Shown in pieces: positions 1 through 11,387 of a stretch of 64,000 nucleotides of DNA (positions within the stretch are counted from its first letter, which is position 1; every line of letters starts with the position of its first letter). The notes under the pieces are model-generated. The model saw only the letters and a program-made list of their open reading frames with translations. It was not told the DNA's origin and searched no databases. Position numbers and translations under genes: made by a program. The stretch covers positions 272,026 through 336,025 of the forward strand of contig CALKPL010000025.1 of NCBI GenBank assembly GCA_937991645.1. Direction: 5' to 3'. The DNA is from an uncultured Clostridia bacterium. GTDB lineage: Bacteria > Bacillota > Clostridia > Oscillospirales > UMGS1783.

Positions 1-529
1 GGGTATCGAAATCCGTAAGGCTGTTGTTCTGCACCTTTGCAGCCGAGAGACGGTCTTTGCTCTTCTGCATGTTATATGTGAATATACTGACGATTCCAAG
101 CACCTCGGCCCCCGCTTCGCGCAGGGCTTCTACTACGTCGATCACAGAGCCGCCGGTCGAGATCAGGTCCTCCACCACAACCGCTTTCTGACCGGGCAAG
201 AGCTTGCCTTCGATCCTGTTTGTGCGGCCGTGATCCTTCGCGCTGCCGCGCACATAGCCCATTGGCAGACCGAGCAGGTTGGCTACGATCGCCGCATGCG
301 GAATGCCCGCCGTGCTTGTGCCCATTAGTATTTCGCAGTCCGGGTATTTCTCCTGAACCACTTTGGAGAGCGAATACTCGATCTGGTCGCGCACCTGCGG
401 TTCGGACAGGGTTAAGCGGTTATCACAGTATATGGGGCTTTTTATGCCGCTTGCCCAGGTGAACGGTTCGTCGGGACGCAGGAATACCGCGCCTATGGAC
501 AATAGTTCTTTGGCGATTTGTCTTTCCAT
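1..529 (-). CDS. pyrE: orotate phosphoribosyltransferase (C-terminal part lies beyond the window edge)
   Basis: Not in the ORF track because it runs off the edge. My minus-strand translation from the ATG (complement of 527-529, GGAGG upstream) reads [38 protein letters not shown]...[12 protein letters not shown], which contains the PRPP-binding loop. It is the last gene of the pyr operon. Confidence 0.9.
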   Translation of the reverse strand, partial: MERQIAKELLSIGAVFLRPDEPFTWASGIKSPIYCDNRLTLSEPQVRDQIEYSLSKVVQEKYPDCEILMGTSTAGIPHAAIVANLLGLPMGYVRGSAKDHGRTNRIEGKLLPGQKAVVVEDLISTGGSVIDVVEALREAGAEVLGIVSIFTYNMQKSKDRLSAAKVQNNSLTDFDT

Positions 530-534
530 GGGAT

Positions 535-1236
535 TTAACCTCCTATAAACTCACGAACGCATCTGCGGTAGGCGGCTACGGGATCGTCCGCCGCCGTGAT
601 CGGTCTGCCGACGACAATGTAGTCTGAACCAAGCTCTCTGGCGCGCGCAGGCGTCGCGATGCGGACCTGGTCGCCCGCCGCGCCGTCCGCAAAACGAACG
701 CCGGGCGTGACCGTCAGAAACTGCGCGCCGCAGGCTGCGTGCACCTGTTCGGATTCCAGCGGCGAACACACGACGCCGTCCAGACCCGCCTCCATGGCGT
801 TTTTCGCATAGTGCATGACGACTTCTTCCATCGGCCGCTCAATCAGCAGCTCCCGCGCCATACGCTCTTGACTCGTAGATGTCAGCTGCGTAACCGCGAT
901 CAGCAGCGGGCGGGTTCCATCGGGCCGGGTCAGGCCCCGAAGGGCGGCGCGCATCATGTCCGCCGTGCCGGCGGCATGCAGATTGCACATGTCTACATCC
1001 AGCCTGGACAGGGCCGCCATGGCGCGTTCGACTGTGTTTGGTATGTCGTGCAGTTTTAAATCCAGGAACAGTTTATGACCGCGCGCTTTGATCTGCCGGA
1101 CTATATCCGGGCCTGCGGCATAGAAAAGCTCCATGCCCACCTTCACATAGACCTGGTTTTCGTTAAACTGATCTAGAAATGCGAGCGCCTTTTCAGCAGT
1201 TGCAAAATCCAGTGCGATGATTACGTCCCGTCCCAT
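535..1236 (-). CDS. pyrF: orotidine 5'-phosphate decarboxylase
   Basis: 233 aa. Contains IIALDF...VKVGMELF...[14 protein letters not shown], the OMP decarboxylase signature. Sits in the pyr operon. Confidence 0.93.
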   Translation of the reverse strand: MGRDVIIALDFATAEKALAFLDQFNENQVYVKVGMELFYAAGPDIVRQIKARGHKLFLDLKLHDIPNTVERAMAALSRLDVDMCNLHAAGTADMMRAALRGLTRPDGTRPLLIAVTQLTSTSQERMARELLIERPMEEVVMHYAKNAMEAGLDGVVCSPLESEQVHAACGAQFLTVTPGVRFADGAAGDQVRIATPARARELGSDYIVVGRPITAADDPVAAYRRCVREFIGG

Positions 1237-1284
1237 AATATTCCCTTTCCGATTTGTTTTTGTAATTTGATTTGATGAACGATT

Positions 1285-2199
1285 TTATGACTGCGCCGCG
1301 CCGATAATATCGGCGAGCCGGGCGACGCCCAGCTCCTCCATCAGCGCGGGGAGGTCTTCGATGATCCGCTTACAGGCGTACGGGTCGACAAGATTGGCGC
1401 TGCCAACCTGCACTGCGGCGGCGCCCGCCATCATCATTTCCACAACGTCCTGCGCACTTGAAACGCCGCCCATCCCGATAACGGGTATGGAGACGGCGCC
1501 CGCTACGTCGTACACCATGCGCAGGGCGACCGGAAATACAGCGGGGCCGGACAGGCCGCCGGTTCGGTTGGCAAGCAGGGGCCGTCTGGCGCGCGTGTCG
1601 ATCCGCATCCCGAGCAGTGTGTTGATCAGGCTCAGGCCGTCCGCCCCGGCCTGCTCACAGGCTCTGGCAATAGACACAATATCAGTGACGTTGGGGCTGA
1701 GCTTAATATAGACCGGTTTTGTTGTAACCGCCTTGACCGCCGCCGTCACTTCCGCTGCGCTTTCCGGCGTTGTGCCAAAGCTGAGACCGCCGCCGTGTAC
1801 GTTCGGGCAGCTCACGTTCACTTCGATAATGCCTACGTTGTCGGCTTTGTCGACCATGGCGCAGCAGGCGGTGTACTCTTCAATGGAAAAGCCGCTTATA
1901 TTGGCAATGACCGGCTTTTTGTAATACTCTTTCAACTCAATAAGCTCATGCTGCATGACGTGCTCAATACCCGGGTTTTGCAAACCTACCGCGTTGAGAA
2001 GGCCGCCCGGACACTCTGCGATTCTCGGCAGAGGGTTGCCATAGCGCGGGTGCAGGGTCGTGCCCTTAAAAGAAAAGGATCCCAGAATGTTGATATCGTA
2101 CAGCTCGGCAAACTCACGGCCGTAGCCGAAAGTGCCGCTGGCCGGGATAACGGGATTGTCAAGCGTCCAGCCGCTGAGCGTTACGCGCATATCTACCAT
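1285..2199 (-). CDS. pyrD: dihydroorotate dehydrogenase B, catalytic subunit
   Basis: 304 aa. Contains NAVGLQNPG, a class 1B DHODase-like sequence. Overlaps pyrK by 7 nt. Confidence 0.93.
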   Translation of the reverse strand: MVDMRVTLSGWTLDNPVIPASGTFGYGREFAELYDINILGSFSFKGTTLHPRYGNPLPRIAECPGGLLNAVGLQNPGIEHVMQHELIELKEYYKKPVIANISGFSIEEYTACCAMVDKADNVGIIEVNVSCPNVHGGGLSFGTTPESAAEVTAAVKAVTTKPVYIKLSPNVTDIVSIARACEQAGADGLSLINTLLGMRIDTRARRPLLANRTGGLSGPAVFPVALRMVYDVAGAVSIPVIGMGGVSSAQDVVEMMMAGAAAVQVGSANLVDPYACKRIIEDLPALMEELGVARLADIIGAAQS

Positions 2200-2921
2200 A
2201 CGATCTCCCCTCTCTCCAGCACCGGGCCGTCCTTGCAGATGCGCTTATACCCGTATTTTGTTTCGCAGCTGCAGCCCATACATGCGCCAAAGCCACAGGC
2301 CATACGCGCCTCGAAACTGAACTGGCCGTCCAGGCTGCGGTGGTAGACGGCTTTCAGCATTGGCTCCGGCCCGCAGGCACAGACATAGGGCGCAGCCGGT
2401 TCCGGCATAAGCGCCGTTACAAACCCCTTTGTACCGAGACTGCCGTCTTCCGTCGCAATGTGTACGGAAACGCCGAGCGCGCGGAACTGCGGCTCGTAAA
2501 ATGCCTCCGCCGCACTTTTAAAGCCAAGGACGACCGCCGGACGCTTCCCCGCATGGATCAGGCGTTTGGCAAGACCGTAAAGCGGAGGCACGCCGATCCC
2601 GCCGCCGACAAGCGTCGGCCGGTCGGGGATGTTTTGCACGGTAAACCCGTTGCCCAGGCCGGCGAGTACGTCGAGCCGGGCGCCGGGCTGGAGCCTGGAC
2701 AGGGCGGCGGTGCCGCCGCCTACGACGCGGTAGAGGATTGTAACGCCGGAACTGTCCCAATCACAGACGGAAATGGGCCTGCGCAGATAGAAACCGTCCA
2801 GTCGTATATTCAAAAATTGACCCGGCGCGGTGAAAACTGAAGTTTCACCGCGCAAGGTCATGGAATATATCCCCTGTGCGATCTGTTTATTTTCCTGAAT
2901 TTGATATGTTCCCTGCTGCAA
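2193..2921 (-). CDS. pyrK: dihydroorotate dehydrogenase B, electron-transfer (FAD/2Fe-2S) subunit
   Basis: C-terminal Cys cluster CGFGACMGCSC. I prefer the TTG start at 2921 (AAGGGAG RBS 7 nt upstream, just after the carB stop) over the ORF-track start at 2966, which overlaps carB by 28 nt. Confidence 0.85.
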   Translation of the reverse strand: MQQGTYQIQENKQIAQGIYSMTLRGETSVFTAPGQFLNIRLDGFYLRRPISVCDWDSSGVTILYRVVGGGTAALSRLQPGARLDVLAGLGNGFTVQNIPDRPTLVGGGIGVPPLYGLAKRLIHAGKRPAVVLGFKSAAEAFYEPQFRALGVSVHIATEDGSLGTKGFVTALMPEPAAPYVCACGPEPMLKAVYHRSLDGQFSFEARMACGFGACMGCSCETKYGYKRICKDGPVLERGEIVW

Positions 2922-2938
2922 AGCGGTTCTCCCTTTTC

Positions 2939-5900
2939 TTATTCGGAGTCGATGGTGGAGATACACAGCGTAATCTCCTCCAGAACGTCGAGCAGAACGC
3001 CAACCGTATCGAGCGCGGTAAATACCGTCACGTTGTTTTCGGCTGCACAGCGGCGTATCTTATAGCCGTTGCTCGTTTCGTCCAGCGTGTCGAGAGCACG
3101 GGTGTTGATGACGTAGTTGACATGGCCGCGGCGCAGAGAGTCTTCAATATCGCTCTCCCGGGTGCGGGTCCGGATTCCATGCGAACGCAGATACTCCGCC
3201 GTGCCGCGCGTGCCCTCTATATTAAAGCCGAGATTGTAAAAACGCCGGATCAGCGGGAGGGCCTCCTCCTTGTCCTTGTCCGCAATGGTGACAAATACAG
3301 TGCCGTAGTTGGCTACGTTCATCCCGGAGGACTGAAGCGCCTTATACAGGGCGCGGGTGAGCTTGTCATCATAGCCGATGGCTTCGCCAGTCGATTTCAT
3401 CTCCGGCGAGAGATATACGTCCATGCCGTTGAGCTTGGAAAAGGAGAACACGGGGGCTTTGACATACCACTTCTTACGCTCCTTGTGATATACCTCGCGT
3501 ATCCCCTGCTCCTTCAGGCTTACGCCGAGCATGACGAGCGTGCCGATGTCGGCCATGGAACAGCCGGATGACTTGGAGATGAACGGCACGGTACGAGACG
3601 ACCGGGGATTGACCTCTATCACGTATACGTTCTCATCCGCGTCTACGATGAACTGGATATTGTACAGGCCGACGATTCCGATACCAAGGCCGAGTTTGAC
3701 CGTGTAATCCAGAATGGTCTGCTTGACCTTGTCGCTGACGCTGAAGGTCGGATATACGCTGATGCTGTCGCCGGAATGGATACCCGTCTTTTCCACGTGT
3801 TCCATGATTCCGGGTACAAACACGTCCGTCCCGTCGCAGACCGCGTCCACTTCCAATTCCTTGCCGCCGATATACTTATCGACCAGCACGGGCTGTTCGG
3901 TATTGATCTCCACCGCAGTTTGCAGGTATGTGCGCAGCGCCGACTCCTCCGCGACAATCTGCATTGCCCTGCCGCCCAAGACATAGCTGGGGCGGACAAG
4001 CACGGGATAGCCGATCTCTTCCGCGGCGCGCACGCCGTCCTCGATGTTGGTAACGGCGTGGCCCTTAGGCTGCGGGATGCCGAGCGTGTGCATAATGTGT
4101 TCAAAGTCCTCACGGTTTTCTGCGCGCTGGATGGCGGCCACATCGGTGCCGATAATGGGAACGCCGAGCATTTTCAGGGGTTCGGCAAGATTGATGGCGG
4201 TCTGCCCGCCCAACGTCACGATTACGCCGAAGGGATTTTCCAGCGTCACGATATTCATGACGTCCTCCACGGTCAGCGGCTCGAAATATAGCTTGTCGCT
4301 CGTGGTATAGTCGGTGGAAACCGTTTCCGGATTGTTGTTGATTACGATGGCTTCATAGCCCGATTTCTGGATAGTCCAGACCGCATGTACGGTGGAATAG
4401 TCAAACTCCACGCCCTGGCCGATCCGGATGGGGCCGGAGCCGAGCACGATGATCTTTTTGCGTTCGCTGACAATGGACTCGTTCTCGTTCTCATATGTAG
4501 AATAGAAATACGGGACATAGCTGGCGAATTCGCTTGCGCAGGTGTCGATCATCTTATACACGGGCATGACGCCGTGGTCCTTTCTGAAGCGGAACAGGTC
4601 GAACTCGGTACTGTTCCAGACCATGGCGATGTATTTGTCCGAAAAGCCCATGCGTTTGGCCTGCTTGAGTACGTCTATATCAAACGGCGAGCTGCGCAGT
4701 GTTTCTTCATAGGCGACGATATTGTAAATTTTATCGAGGAAGAACATATCGATCTTTGTGGCGCTGTTGATCATACCGATATCCACGCCCAGCCGAATCA
4801 TCTGCGCAATGGCGAGCAGGCGGTCGTCCCTGCCCTCGCGGATATAGTCCATCAGTTCCGGAACCGTCCAATCGTCAAACTTCGGCGAATAGAGATGGCA
4901 GATACCCGTCTCAAGCGAGCGGACGGCCTTGAGCAGGCTCTCTTCCAGCGTGCGGCCGATACTCATCACTTCGCCCGTCGCTTTCATTTGCGTGCTGAGC
5001 TTATTGGATGCGGTTGCGAATTTGTCAAACGGGAAGCGCGCGATTTTGGTGACGACGTAATCGAGCGACGGTTCAAAGGACGCCGGAGTGTTCGAAATCA
5101 TGATTTCGTCCAGATGCATGCCGACCGCGATTTTGGCAGACACGCGCGCGATTGGATAGCCGCTGGCCTTGCTCGCCAGAGCGGAGGAACGCGACACGCG
5201 GGGATTGACTTCAATGACATAATACTGGAAGGACAACGGGTCAAGCGCGAACTGGACGTTGCAGCCGCCTTCGATCTCCAGCTCGCGGATGATGCGCAGC
5301 GCGCTGTCGCGGAGAAGCTGGTATTCGGTGTTCGTCAGCGTCTGGCTCGGCGCGACGACGACAGAGTCGCCGGTATGGATGCCGACAGGGTCTATGTTCT
5401 CCATATTACAGATGGTGATGGCCGTGTCGTTCGCATCGCGCATGACCTCATATTCGATTTCCTTATAGCCCTTTATGCTTTTTTCCACCAGCACCTGATG
5501 TACAGGCGAGAGTTTGAGTGCGCGTTTTGCGAACTCGCGCAGCTGCTGTTCGTCGTCCGCAAAGCCGCCGCCGGTGCCGCCCAGGGTAAAGGCGGGACGA
5601 AGCACGACGGGATAGCCGATCTCCTCCGCCGCGGCGACCGCTTCTTCTATGGTATGCGTAATAAGCGAGGGCAGAACGGGCTCGCCGATCTTTTCACACA
5701 GCTGTTTGAACTTCTCACGGTCCTCAGAACGCTCTATATTCTCAAAGCTCGTGCCCAGAATCTCCGTCTGGCACTCGTCTAGAACGCCTTTTTTGGCAAG
5801 CTGCATGGCGAGGTTCAGACCCGTCTGGCCGCCAAGGCCGGGCACGATGGCGTCAGGGCGTTCATAGCGCAGTATTTTTGCGACATATTCCAGGGTTAGC

Positions 5901-6103
5901 GGCTCCATATACACTTTGTCGGCAATGTCCACATCGGTCATGATCGTCGCGGGGTTGGAGTTGACGAGGACTACCTCGTACCCCTCCTCTTTCAGCGCGA
6001 GGCAGGCCTGCGTGCCGGCGTAGTCAAATTCGGCAGCCTGGCCGATAATGATGGGGCCGGAGCCGATCACCAGAATTTTTTTCAGATCAGTTCTTTTTGG
6101 CAT
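2939..6103 (-). CDS. carB: carbamoyl-phosphate synthase large subunit
   Basis: 1054 aa with duplicated ATP-grasp halves (N-terminus [28 protein letters not shown], second half [17 protein letters not shown]) and an MGS-like C-terminus. Confidence 0.97.
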   Translation of the reverse strand: MPKRTDLKKILVIGSGPIIIGQAAEFDYAGTQACLALKEEGYEVVLVNSNPATIMTDVDIADKVYMEPLTLEYVAKILRYERPDAIVPGLGGQTGLNLAMQLAKKGVLDECQTEILGTSFENIERSEDREKFKQLCEKIGEPVLPSLITHTIEEAVAAAEEIGYPVVLRPAFTLGGTGGGFADDEQQLREFAKRALKLSPVHQVLVEKSIKGYKEIEYEVMRDANDTAITICNMENIDPVGIHTGDSVVVAPSQTLTNTEYQLLRDSALRIIRELEIEGGCNVQFALDPLSFQYYVIEVNPRVSRSSALASKASGYPIARVSAKIAVGMHLDEIMISNTPASFEPSLDYVVTKIARFPFDKFATASNKLSTQMKATGEVMSIGRTLEESLLKAVRSLETGICHLYSPKFDDWTVPELMDYIREGRDDRLLAIAQMIRLGVDIGMINSATKIDMFFLDKIYNIVAYEETLRSSPFDIDVLKQAKRMGFSDKYIAMVWNSTEFDLFRFRKDHGVMPVYKMIDTCASEFASYVPYFYSTYENENESIVSERKKIIVLGSGPIRIGQGVEFDYSTVHAVWTIQKSGYEAIVINNNPETVSTDYTTSDKLYFEPLTVEDVMNIVTLENPFGVIVTLGGQTAINLAEPLKMLGVPIIGTDVAAIQRAENREDFEHIMHTLGIPQPKGHAVTNIEDGVRAAEEIGYPVLVRPSYVLGGRAMQIVAEESALRTYLQTAVEINTEQPVLVDKYIGGKELEVDAVCDGTDVFVPGIMEHVEKTGIHSGDSISVYPTFSVSDKVKQTILDYTVKLGLGIGIVGLYNIQFIVDADENVYVIEVNPRSSRTVPFISKSSGCSMADIGTLVMLGVSLKEQGIREVYHKERKKWYVKAPVFSFSKLNGMDVYLSPEMKSTGEAIGYDDKLTRALYKALQSSGMNVANYGTVFVTIADKDKEEALPLIRRFYNLGFNIEGTRGTAEYLRSHGIRTRTRESDIEDSLRRGHVNYVINTRALDTLDETSNGYKIRRCAAENNVTVFTALDTVGVLLDVLEEITLCISTIDSE

Positions 6104-7193
6104 TCGTTTTCCCCTCCTCCATCATCCGGATAAACTGGCCGAACAGGTGACTGCTGTCCTGCGGGCCAGGCGCGCTCTCCGGATGGTACTGCACGGTAAA
6201 GAGTCTGTCTTTGACGCATTTTACACCCTCGACAGTACCGTCAAGCAGATTGACGCAGGTGACTTCCAGGCCTGTGCCCGGTACGCTTGCCGGATCGACC
6301 GCATAGCTGTGGTTCTGGCTTGTGATTTCGATTTTACCCGTTTCAAGGTTTTTGACGGGATGGTTGCCGCCGCGGTGCCCAAATTTCAGCTTAAAGGTTT
6401 TCGCGCCGTAGGCCAGAGACACGATCTGATGGCCGAGACATATGCCGAATATGGGGAATTCGCCCCGGATCTCGCGCACCAGGTCAATGGCGGGCTGGAC
6501 GTTTTCCGGATCGCCCGGGCCGTTGGAAAGTAAAAGGCCGTCGGGGTGCAGGTCGCGGATTTCCTGTGCGGTTGTGTTGTACGGGACGATGGTGACGTTG
6601 CAGCCGTGTTTGACCAACATGCGCAGGATGTTGAGCTTGATGCCGCAGTCGAGCGCGACGACGTTGTATTTATGGTTCGCCGTACGGCGATAATAGCGCT
6701 TTTTTGTACTGACGCGCGCAACGGCGTCCTTTGGCATTTCATAGGCGCGCAGAGCCGCAAGGGCTTCGTCGAGAGGTTTGTCCGCATCGGTCAGCAGGAC
6801 TTTACAGCTGCCCTCGTCCCGGATAATGCGCACCAGCTGCCGGGTATCAATTTCACTGATACCCGGCACGTTGTTTTCTTCGAATATCTCGGACAGGGTT
6901 TTTGTGTAACGAAAGTTGCTGGGCTGTTCGCAGCATTCGCGCACGATCATGCCCCCGCACATAACGGCGCTGCTCTCATAGTCATCGTCCGTCACGCCGT
7001 AGTTGCCGATGAGCGGATAGCTCATTACAATCATCTGATCCGTATACGAAGGATCGGACGCTATCTCCTGGTAGCCGACCATAGAAGTATTAAACACCAG
7101 TTCGCATATGGCGTCCCGGTGTTCGCCGAAACCGACGCCATAAAATTCCATACCGTTTTCCAATACAATTTTACGATCTCTTACTCTTGCCAT
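6087..7193 (-). CDS. carA: carbamoyl-phosphate synthase small (glutaminase) subunit
   Basis: 368 aa. GICLGHQ catalytic-Cys motif and HPE near the C-terminus. Overlaps carB by 17 nt. Confidence 0.96.
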   Translation of the reverse strand: MARVRDRKIVLENGMEFYGVGFGEHRDAICELVFNTSMVGYQEIASDPSYTDQMIVMSYPLIGNYGVTDDDYESSAVMCGGMIVRECCEQPSNFRYTKTLSEIFEENNVPGISEIDTRQLVRIIRDEGSCKVLLTDADKPLDEALAALRAYEMPKDAVARVSTKKRYYRRTANHKYNVVALDCGIKLNILRMLVKHGCNVTIVPYNTTAQEIRDLHPDGLLLSNGPGDPENVQPAIDLVREIRGEFPIFGICLGHQIVSLAYGAKTFKLKFGHRGGNHPVKNLETGKIEITSQNHSYAVDPASVPGTGLEVTCVNLLDGTVEGVKCVKDRLFTVQYHPESAPGPQDSSHLFGQFIRMMEEGKTNAKKN

Positions 7194-8440
7194 ACTATTC
7201 TCCCATCCACGATCGTCATGACCACTTTTCCCAAAACCCGCATCCCGGCAAACGGCGTGCTCCTGCCCATGGACAGGAATGCCTGCGGGTCTATTGCATA
7301 GGCTGCGTTTAAATCCACTACCGTCAGGTTCGCGCCGCCGCCTTCGGTATAGGGTGCGCCCAGGCGAAAAATGCGGCGCGGGGCGAGCGACATCAGTTCC
7401 ACAAGCTTTTCGAGCGTTATAAAGCCCGTTTTCACAAGCGACGTATACAGGACCGGAAAAGCCGTCTCCAGCCCGGACACGCCCATAGCGCTCCCCTTTA
7501 AACCAAGGCTCTTTTCCTGCGCGCTGTGGGGGGCATGGTCCGTTGCGATCATATCGATCGTACCGTCCCGGACCGCCTCGAGCAGGGCCTGCCTGTCCTC
7601 TGCCGAACGCAGCGGCGGATTCATTTTAAACCGTCCGTCCTCCTGCAGGTCTGCATCGCATAACACAAGGTAGTGCGGCGCGGTTTCGCAGGTGACGGGC
7701 AGGCCGTCCTGCTTTGCCCTGCGAATCAGCGCGACGCTCTCCGCTGTGGAGACGTGGCAGACATGATAGCGGCATCCAGTACTGCGGCAGAGGTCCAAAT
7801 CCCGCGCAAGCTGCGCCCATTCGCTTTGCGAACTGATACCCGCATGCCCCTTACGGCGCGCGTAAGCGCCGTCGTGTATGTACCCGCCATGGAGCAGGCG
7901 TTCGTCCTCACAATGGGCCGCGATGATCACACCCAGCCGCGCGGCTTTCCGCATGGCGCGCGCCATAAGCCTTTCGTCCTGCACACCGCTGCCATCGTCC
8001 GTAAAAGCCACGACCTGCCCGGCAAGGCCTTCCATATCTGAAAGCTCGACGCCCTTCCTGCCGCGCGTAATCGAGCCGTAGGGGCGTACATGCACAACGG
8101 CGTCCCGCTCGATGCTGACGAGCTGTTCGCGCAAGTGTTCACGGCTGTCGGGCGGCGGATCGAGGTTCGGCATGGCGCACACATCCGTAAACCCGCCGCG
8201 GGCTGCTGCGCGCGTGCCCGACGCGATGGTCTCCTTATAAGAAAAACCGGGTTCTCTCAGATGAACATGCACATCTGCGAGCCCCGGTAAAACGACTAAA
8301 TTTTCCATGTCGAGCACGTGATCAAAGCCGGAGGCGGGTTTGCCCTGAAAAATGGAAACACTATTCCCCTGGACCGCAAGCGCAGCTTTTTGAAAGCCAC
8401 TTTCCGTGTAAACCGTTGCGCCAGACAAGAGCGTCCGCAT
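7181..8440 (-). CDS. pyrC: dihydroorotase
   Basis: 419 aa. DVHVHLREPG metal-binding motif and DHAPH. First gene of the pyr operon. Confidence 0.92.
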   Translation of the reverse strand: MRTLLSGATVYTESGFQKAALAVQGNSVSIFQGKPASGFDHVLDMENLVVLPGLADVHVHLREPGFSYKETIASGTRAAARGGFTDVCAMPNLDPPPDSREHLREQLVSIERDAVVHVRPYGSITRGRKGVELSDMEGLAGQVVAFTDDGSGVQDERLMARAMRKAARLGVIIAAHCEDERLLHGGYIHDGAYARRKGHAGISSQSEWAQLARDLDLCRSTGCRYHVCHVSTAESVALIRRAKQDGLPVTCETAPHYLVLCDADLQEDGRFKMNPPLRSAEDRQALLEAVRDGTIDMIATDHAPHSAQEKSLGLKGSAMGVSGLETAFPVLYTSLVKTGFITLEKLVELMSLAPRRIFRLGAPYTEGGGANLTVVDLNAAYAIDPQAFLSMGRSTPFAGMRVLGKVVMTIVDGRIVWQE

Positions 8441-8469
8441 ACAAGATACCCTCCATCCGTGTTTTTATT

Positions 8470-8498
8470 ATTCTACAACATTATTTATAAAAATGCAA
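8470..8498 (-). promoter_or_regulatory. candidate sigma-A promoter of the pyr operon (TTGCAT-17-TAGAAT)
   Basis: Read on the minus strand, about 30 nt upstream of the pyrC ATG, inside an AT-rich intergenic region. Confidence 0.4.
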
Positions 8499-8656
8499 TA
8501 GCATTCAAAAAATAAATTATAAATATTTCTATTTTTACTGATAAAATCGCTTTCCGCCACTTTTTATGGTTAATTTATCTTCTGTTTTCATATTTTTCAA
8601 TCTGGATCCTATTCGAACGATTGAATAATTATTAGTATTTAATGCATATTTTGCCG

Positions 8657-8690
8657 CAAAAAAACAGGCGGGCCGCAAAGGCCCGCCTGC
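8657..8690 (-). terminator. intrinsic terminator after gap
   Basis: 10-bp GC stem caggcgggcc/ggcccgcctg with a 5-nt loop, followed on the minus strand by a U7 run. Lies 14 nt after the gap stop. Confidence 0.85.
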
Positions 8691-8703
8691 CGACATGCGA
8701 TGG

Positions 8704-9750
<1,047 letters not shown>

Positions 9751-9897
9751 TTATATTTTAACCTAAATATTGGAAATATGCAATATAAAACCGATTCCAC
9801 CCGCAAAATTAACAATTTTGGCATGATTTTGTACGCGTTTTTAGGCTTATTTGGAAAGAGGGACGAAACTTTATTTTTGATTCCGATGAAGCAAATA

Positions 9898-9926
9898 TTG
9901 TTATTGACTTTTAAATACGGTATAAT
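9898..9926 (+). promoter_or_regulatory. candidate sigma-A promoter (TTGTTA-17-TATAAT)
   Basis: Perfect -10 hexamer 40 nt upstream of the 9967 ATG. Confidence 0.4.
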
Positions 9927-9966
9927 ACAATCACAATGTCATATTTTGTAGTTAGGATGAACCCAT

Positions 9967-11073
9967 ATGTTATCTACACCAAGGTTTACGCTTCAAAATA
10001 TAATACAGCTGCTTCACGGTATGGACCACCCCATGATTCTGTGCGACAATTCGTTCCAAACCGTTTTCAGCAATACGGCGTTTTGCCGCCGCTATGGCGA
10101 ACAATATGCAATGCTCGACGTGCTGGTCACGGCGGATAATTTAAGCCGCATCAGAAAGGCGCGGGATTCCGGGCAGATGGTCGACGTATACTGTAAAGGC
10201 CGGCCAAACGAGAGAAACAGGCTGCATGTGTACTGGCTCAAGACGGCGGACGCGGACGCTACATACATGATCGGAGAAATCCGTTCCAGACAGGAGGTAG
10301 AAGCAGAGGACACCGTGCAGAATCTGGCTGTGATCTCCGCATGCGTGGAACAGATAAGCAATACGTTGCAGCAACTGCTCACAGAGCTTTCTTCCCTTTC
10401 TGCGCTGATGCCGGAACAGCCGGATTCCAAAGAACGGCATTACCTCTACAGCATGAAGAAAAACACGCTTCGCATTACGCGCAACGCGCACTTGCTGCGC
10501 GATGCGGCCATGATCATGCAGAATGCTTACCCGCTCAATATTGCGACGCACGACATAGGCCAGGCGCTGAAAATGATTACGAAAGAGGCACGGCAGTACG
10601 CGGCGAAAAAAAGCGTTTCCATCGTACTCGACATGCCGGACGAACCTGTGCTGATTCCCTGCGACCTCGTGCAGATTTCCCGGGCAATTCTCAATATCCT
10701 CTCCAACATCCTCTACTTTGCGCACGAAAACGGCGAACTCAAAATAGGACTGCATAAACACGGACCGACCGTTTCGATCGGGATATCCGACAATGGGGAC
10801 GGCATCCCCGACTATTATATGGAACGGATTCTCACAAACGACATTCTCTACGCGGACGACCGGCCGATCCTGGGCCTGTACGTTGCGCAAAACGTCGTCC
10901 GAAAACACGGCGGCAACATGTTTATTACGCAGGTAAAGCCGCATGGGACGCGAATCATCATCGACCTGCCCGCCGAGGAGCTTGGGGCCAGAGGATTCAG
11001 GCAGGCTGCCGCTGTCCCGCTGCAGGAGCTTCTGCGGCTTTTGGCGCAGATTGAGATGTCCATCCTTTTATAA
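9967..11073 (+). CDS. soluble PAS-like / HATPase_c histidine-kinase-like protein with no obvious H-box
   Basis: 368 aa with no TM segment. N-box ILNILSNILYFA, G1 box DNGDGIP, G2-like ILGLYVAQNVV. At the position where SHELRTPL is expected, the sequence is ISACVEQISNTL. Confidence 0.7.
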   Translation: MLSTPRFTLQNIIQLLHGMDHPMILCDNSFQTVFSNTAFCRRYGEQYAMLDVLVTADNLSRIRKARDSGQMVDVYCKGRPNERNRLHVYWLKTADADATYMIGEIRSRQEVEAEDTVQNLAVISACVEQISNTLQQLLTELSSLSALMPEQPDSKERHYLYSMKKNTLRITRNAHLLRDAAMIMQNAYPLNIATHDIGQALKMITKEARQYAAKKSVSIVLDMPDEPVLIPCDLVQISRAILNILSNILYFAHENGELKIGLHKHGPTVSIGISDNGDGIPDYYMERILTNDILYADDRPILGLYVAQNVVRKHGGNMFITQVKPHGTRIIIDLPAEELGARGFRQAAAVPLQELLRLLAQIEMSILL

Positions 11074-11343
11074 TTTACCTTTTATAATTTGTATTAACAA
11101 TGAGATATCCGACGGCCTGGATTGGCCCTGTAAGCACCTATGGCCGGAAAATGCATTAAGATGCGCTGATTTTCGCTTGCAATACCTGCCCTGCAGCGCG
11201 TAAACGGGCGGTTGCCGCTCTGACGGAAGACCTCTTTCAGAAAAGGCGCCTGTTCGCGGCCCTTCTTGATGCCTGAAACAAATACTCTTTCACGGGGCGC
11301 CTTTTACGGCTAAGCCGGGGAGGGTTCCGGAACCAGAGAACAC

Positions 11344-11374
11344 AAAAGCGCCTTGCGCAATGCAAGGCGCTTTT
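11344..11374. terminator. bidirectional intrinsic terminator downstream of argS
   Basis: 9-bp stem gcgccttgc/gcaaggcgc flanked by A4 and T4. Lies 14 nt after the argS stop. Confidence 0.7.
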
Positions 11375-11387
11375 GTATGGGGGATTG

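Noticed and set aside
4385-5782. Long ORFs antisense to real genes. Examples: 465 aa at 4385-5782 inside carB, 440 aa at 36882-38204 and 294 aa at 37483-38367 inside ftsH, 336 aa at 19656-20666 inside iorA, 329 aa at 52722-53711 inside ligA, 312 aa at 14129-15067 inside the GH36-like gene, and 290 aa at 59813-60685 inside rluD.
   Set aside because: Their translations are low-complexity and rich in Arg, Ala and His, with no recognisable motifs. They lack RBSs and lie opposite ORFs with unambiguous family signatures. This is the usual stop-codon-poor antisense frame of GC-rich coding DNA.
11074-11343. A 270-nt non-coding stretch between the HK-like gene and argS. It contains aaaaggcgcc...ggcgcctttt inverted blocks (11240-11305) and short ORFs.
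   Set aside because: The stem encloses a ~45-nt unstructured loop and GGCGCC is self-palindromic. I saw no tRNA-like arms, riboswitch core motifs or convincing small ORF with an RBS. I left it unannotated.
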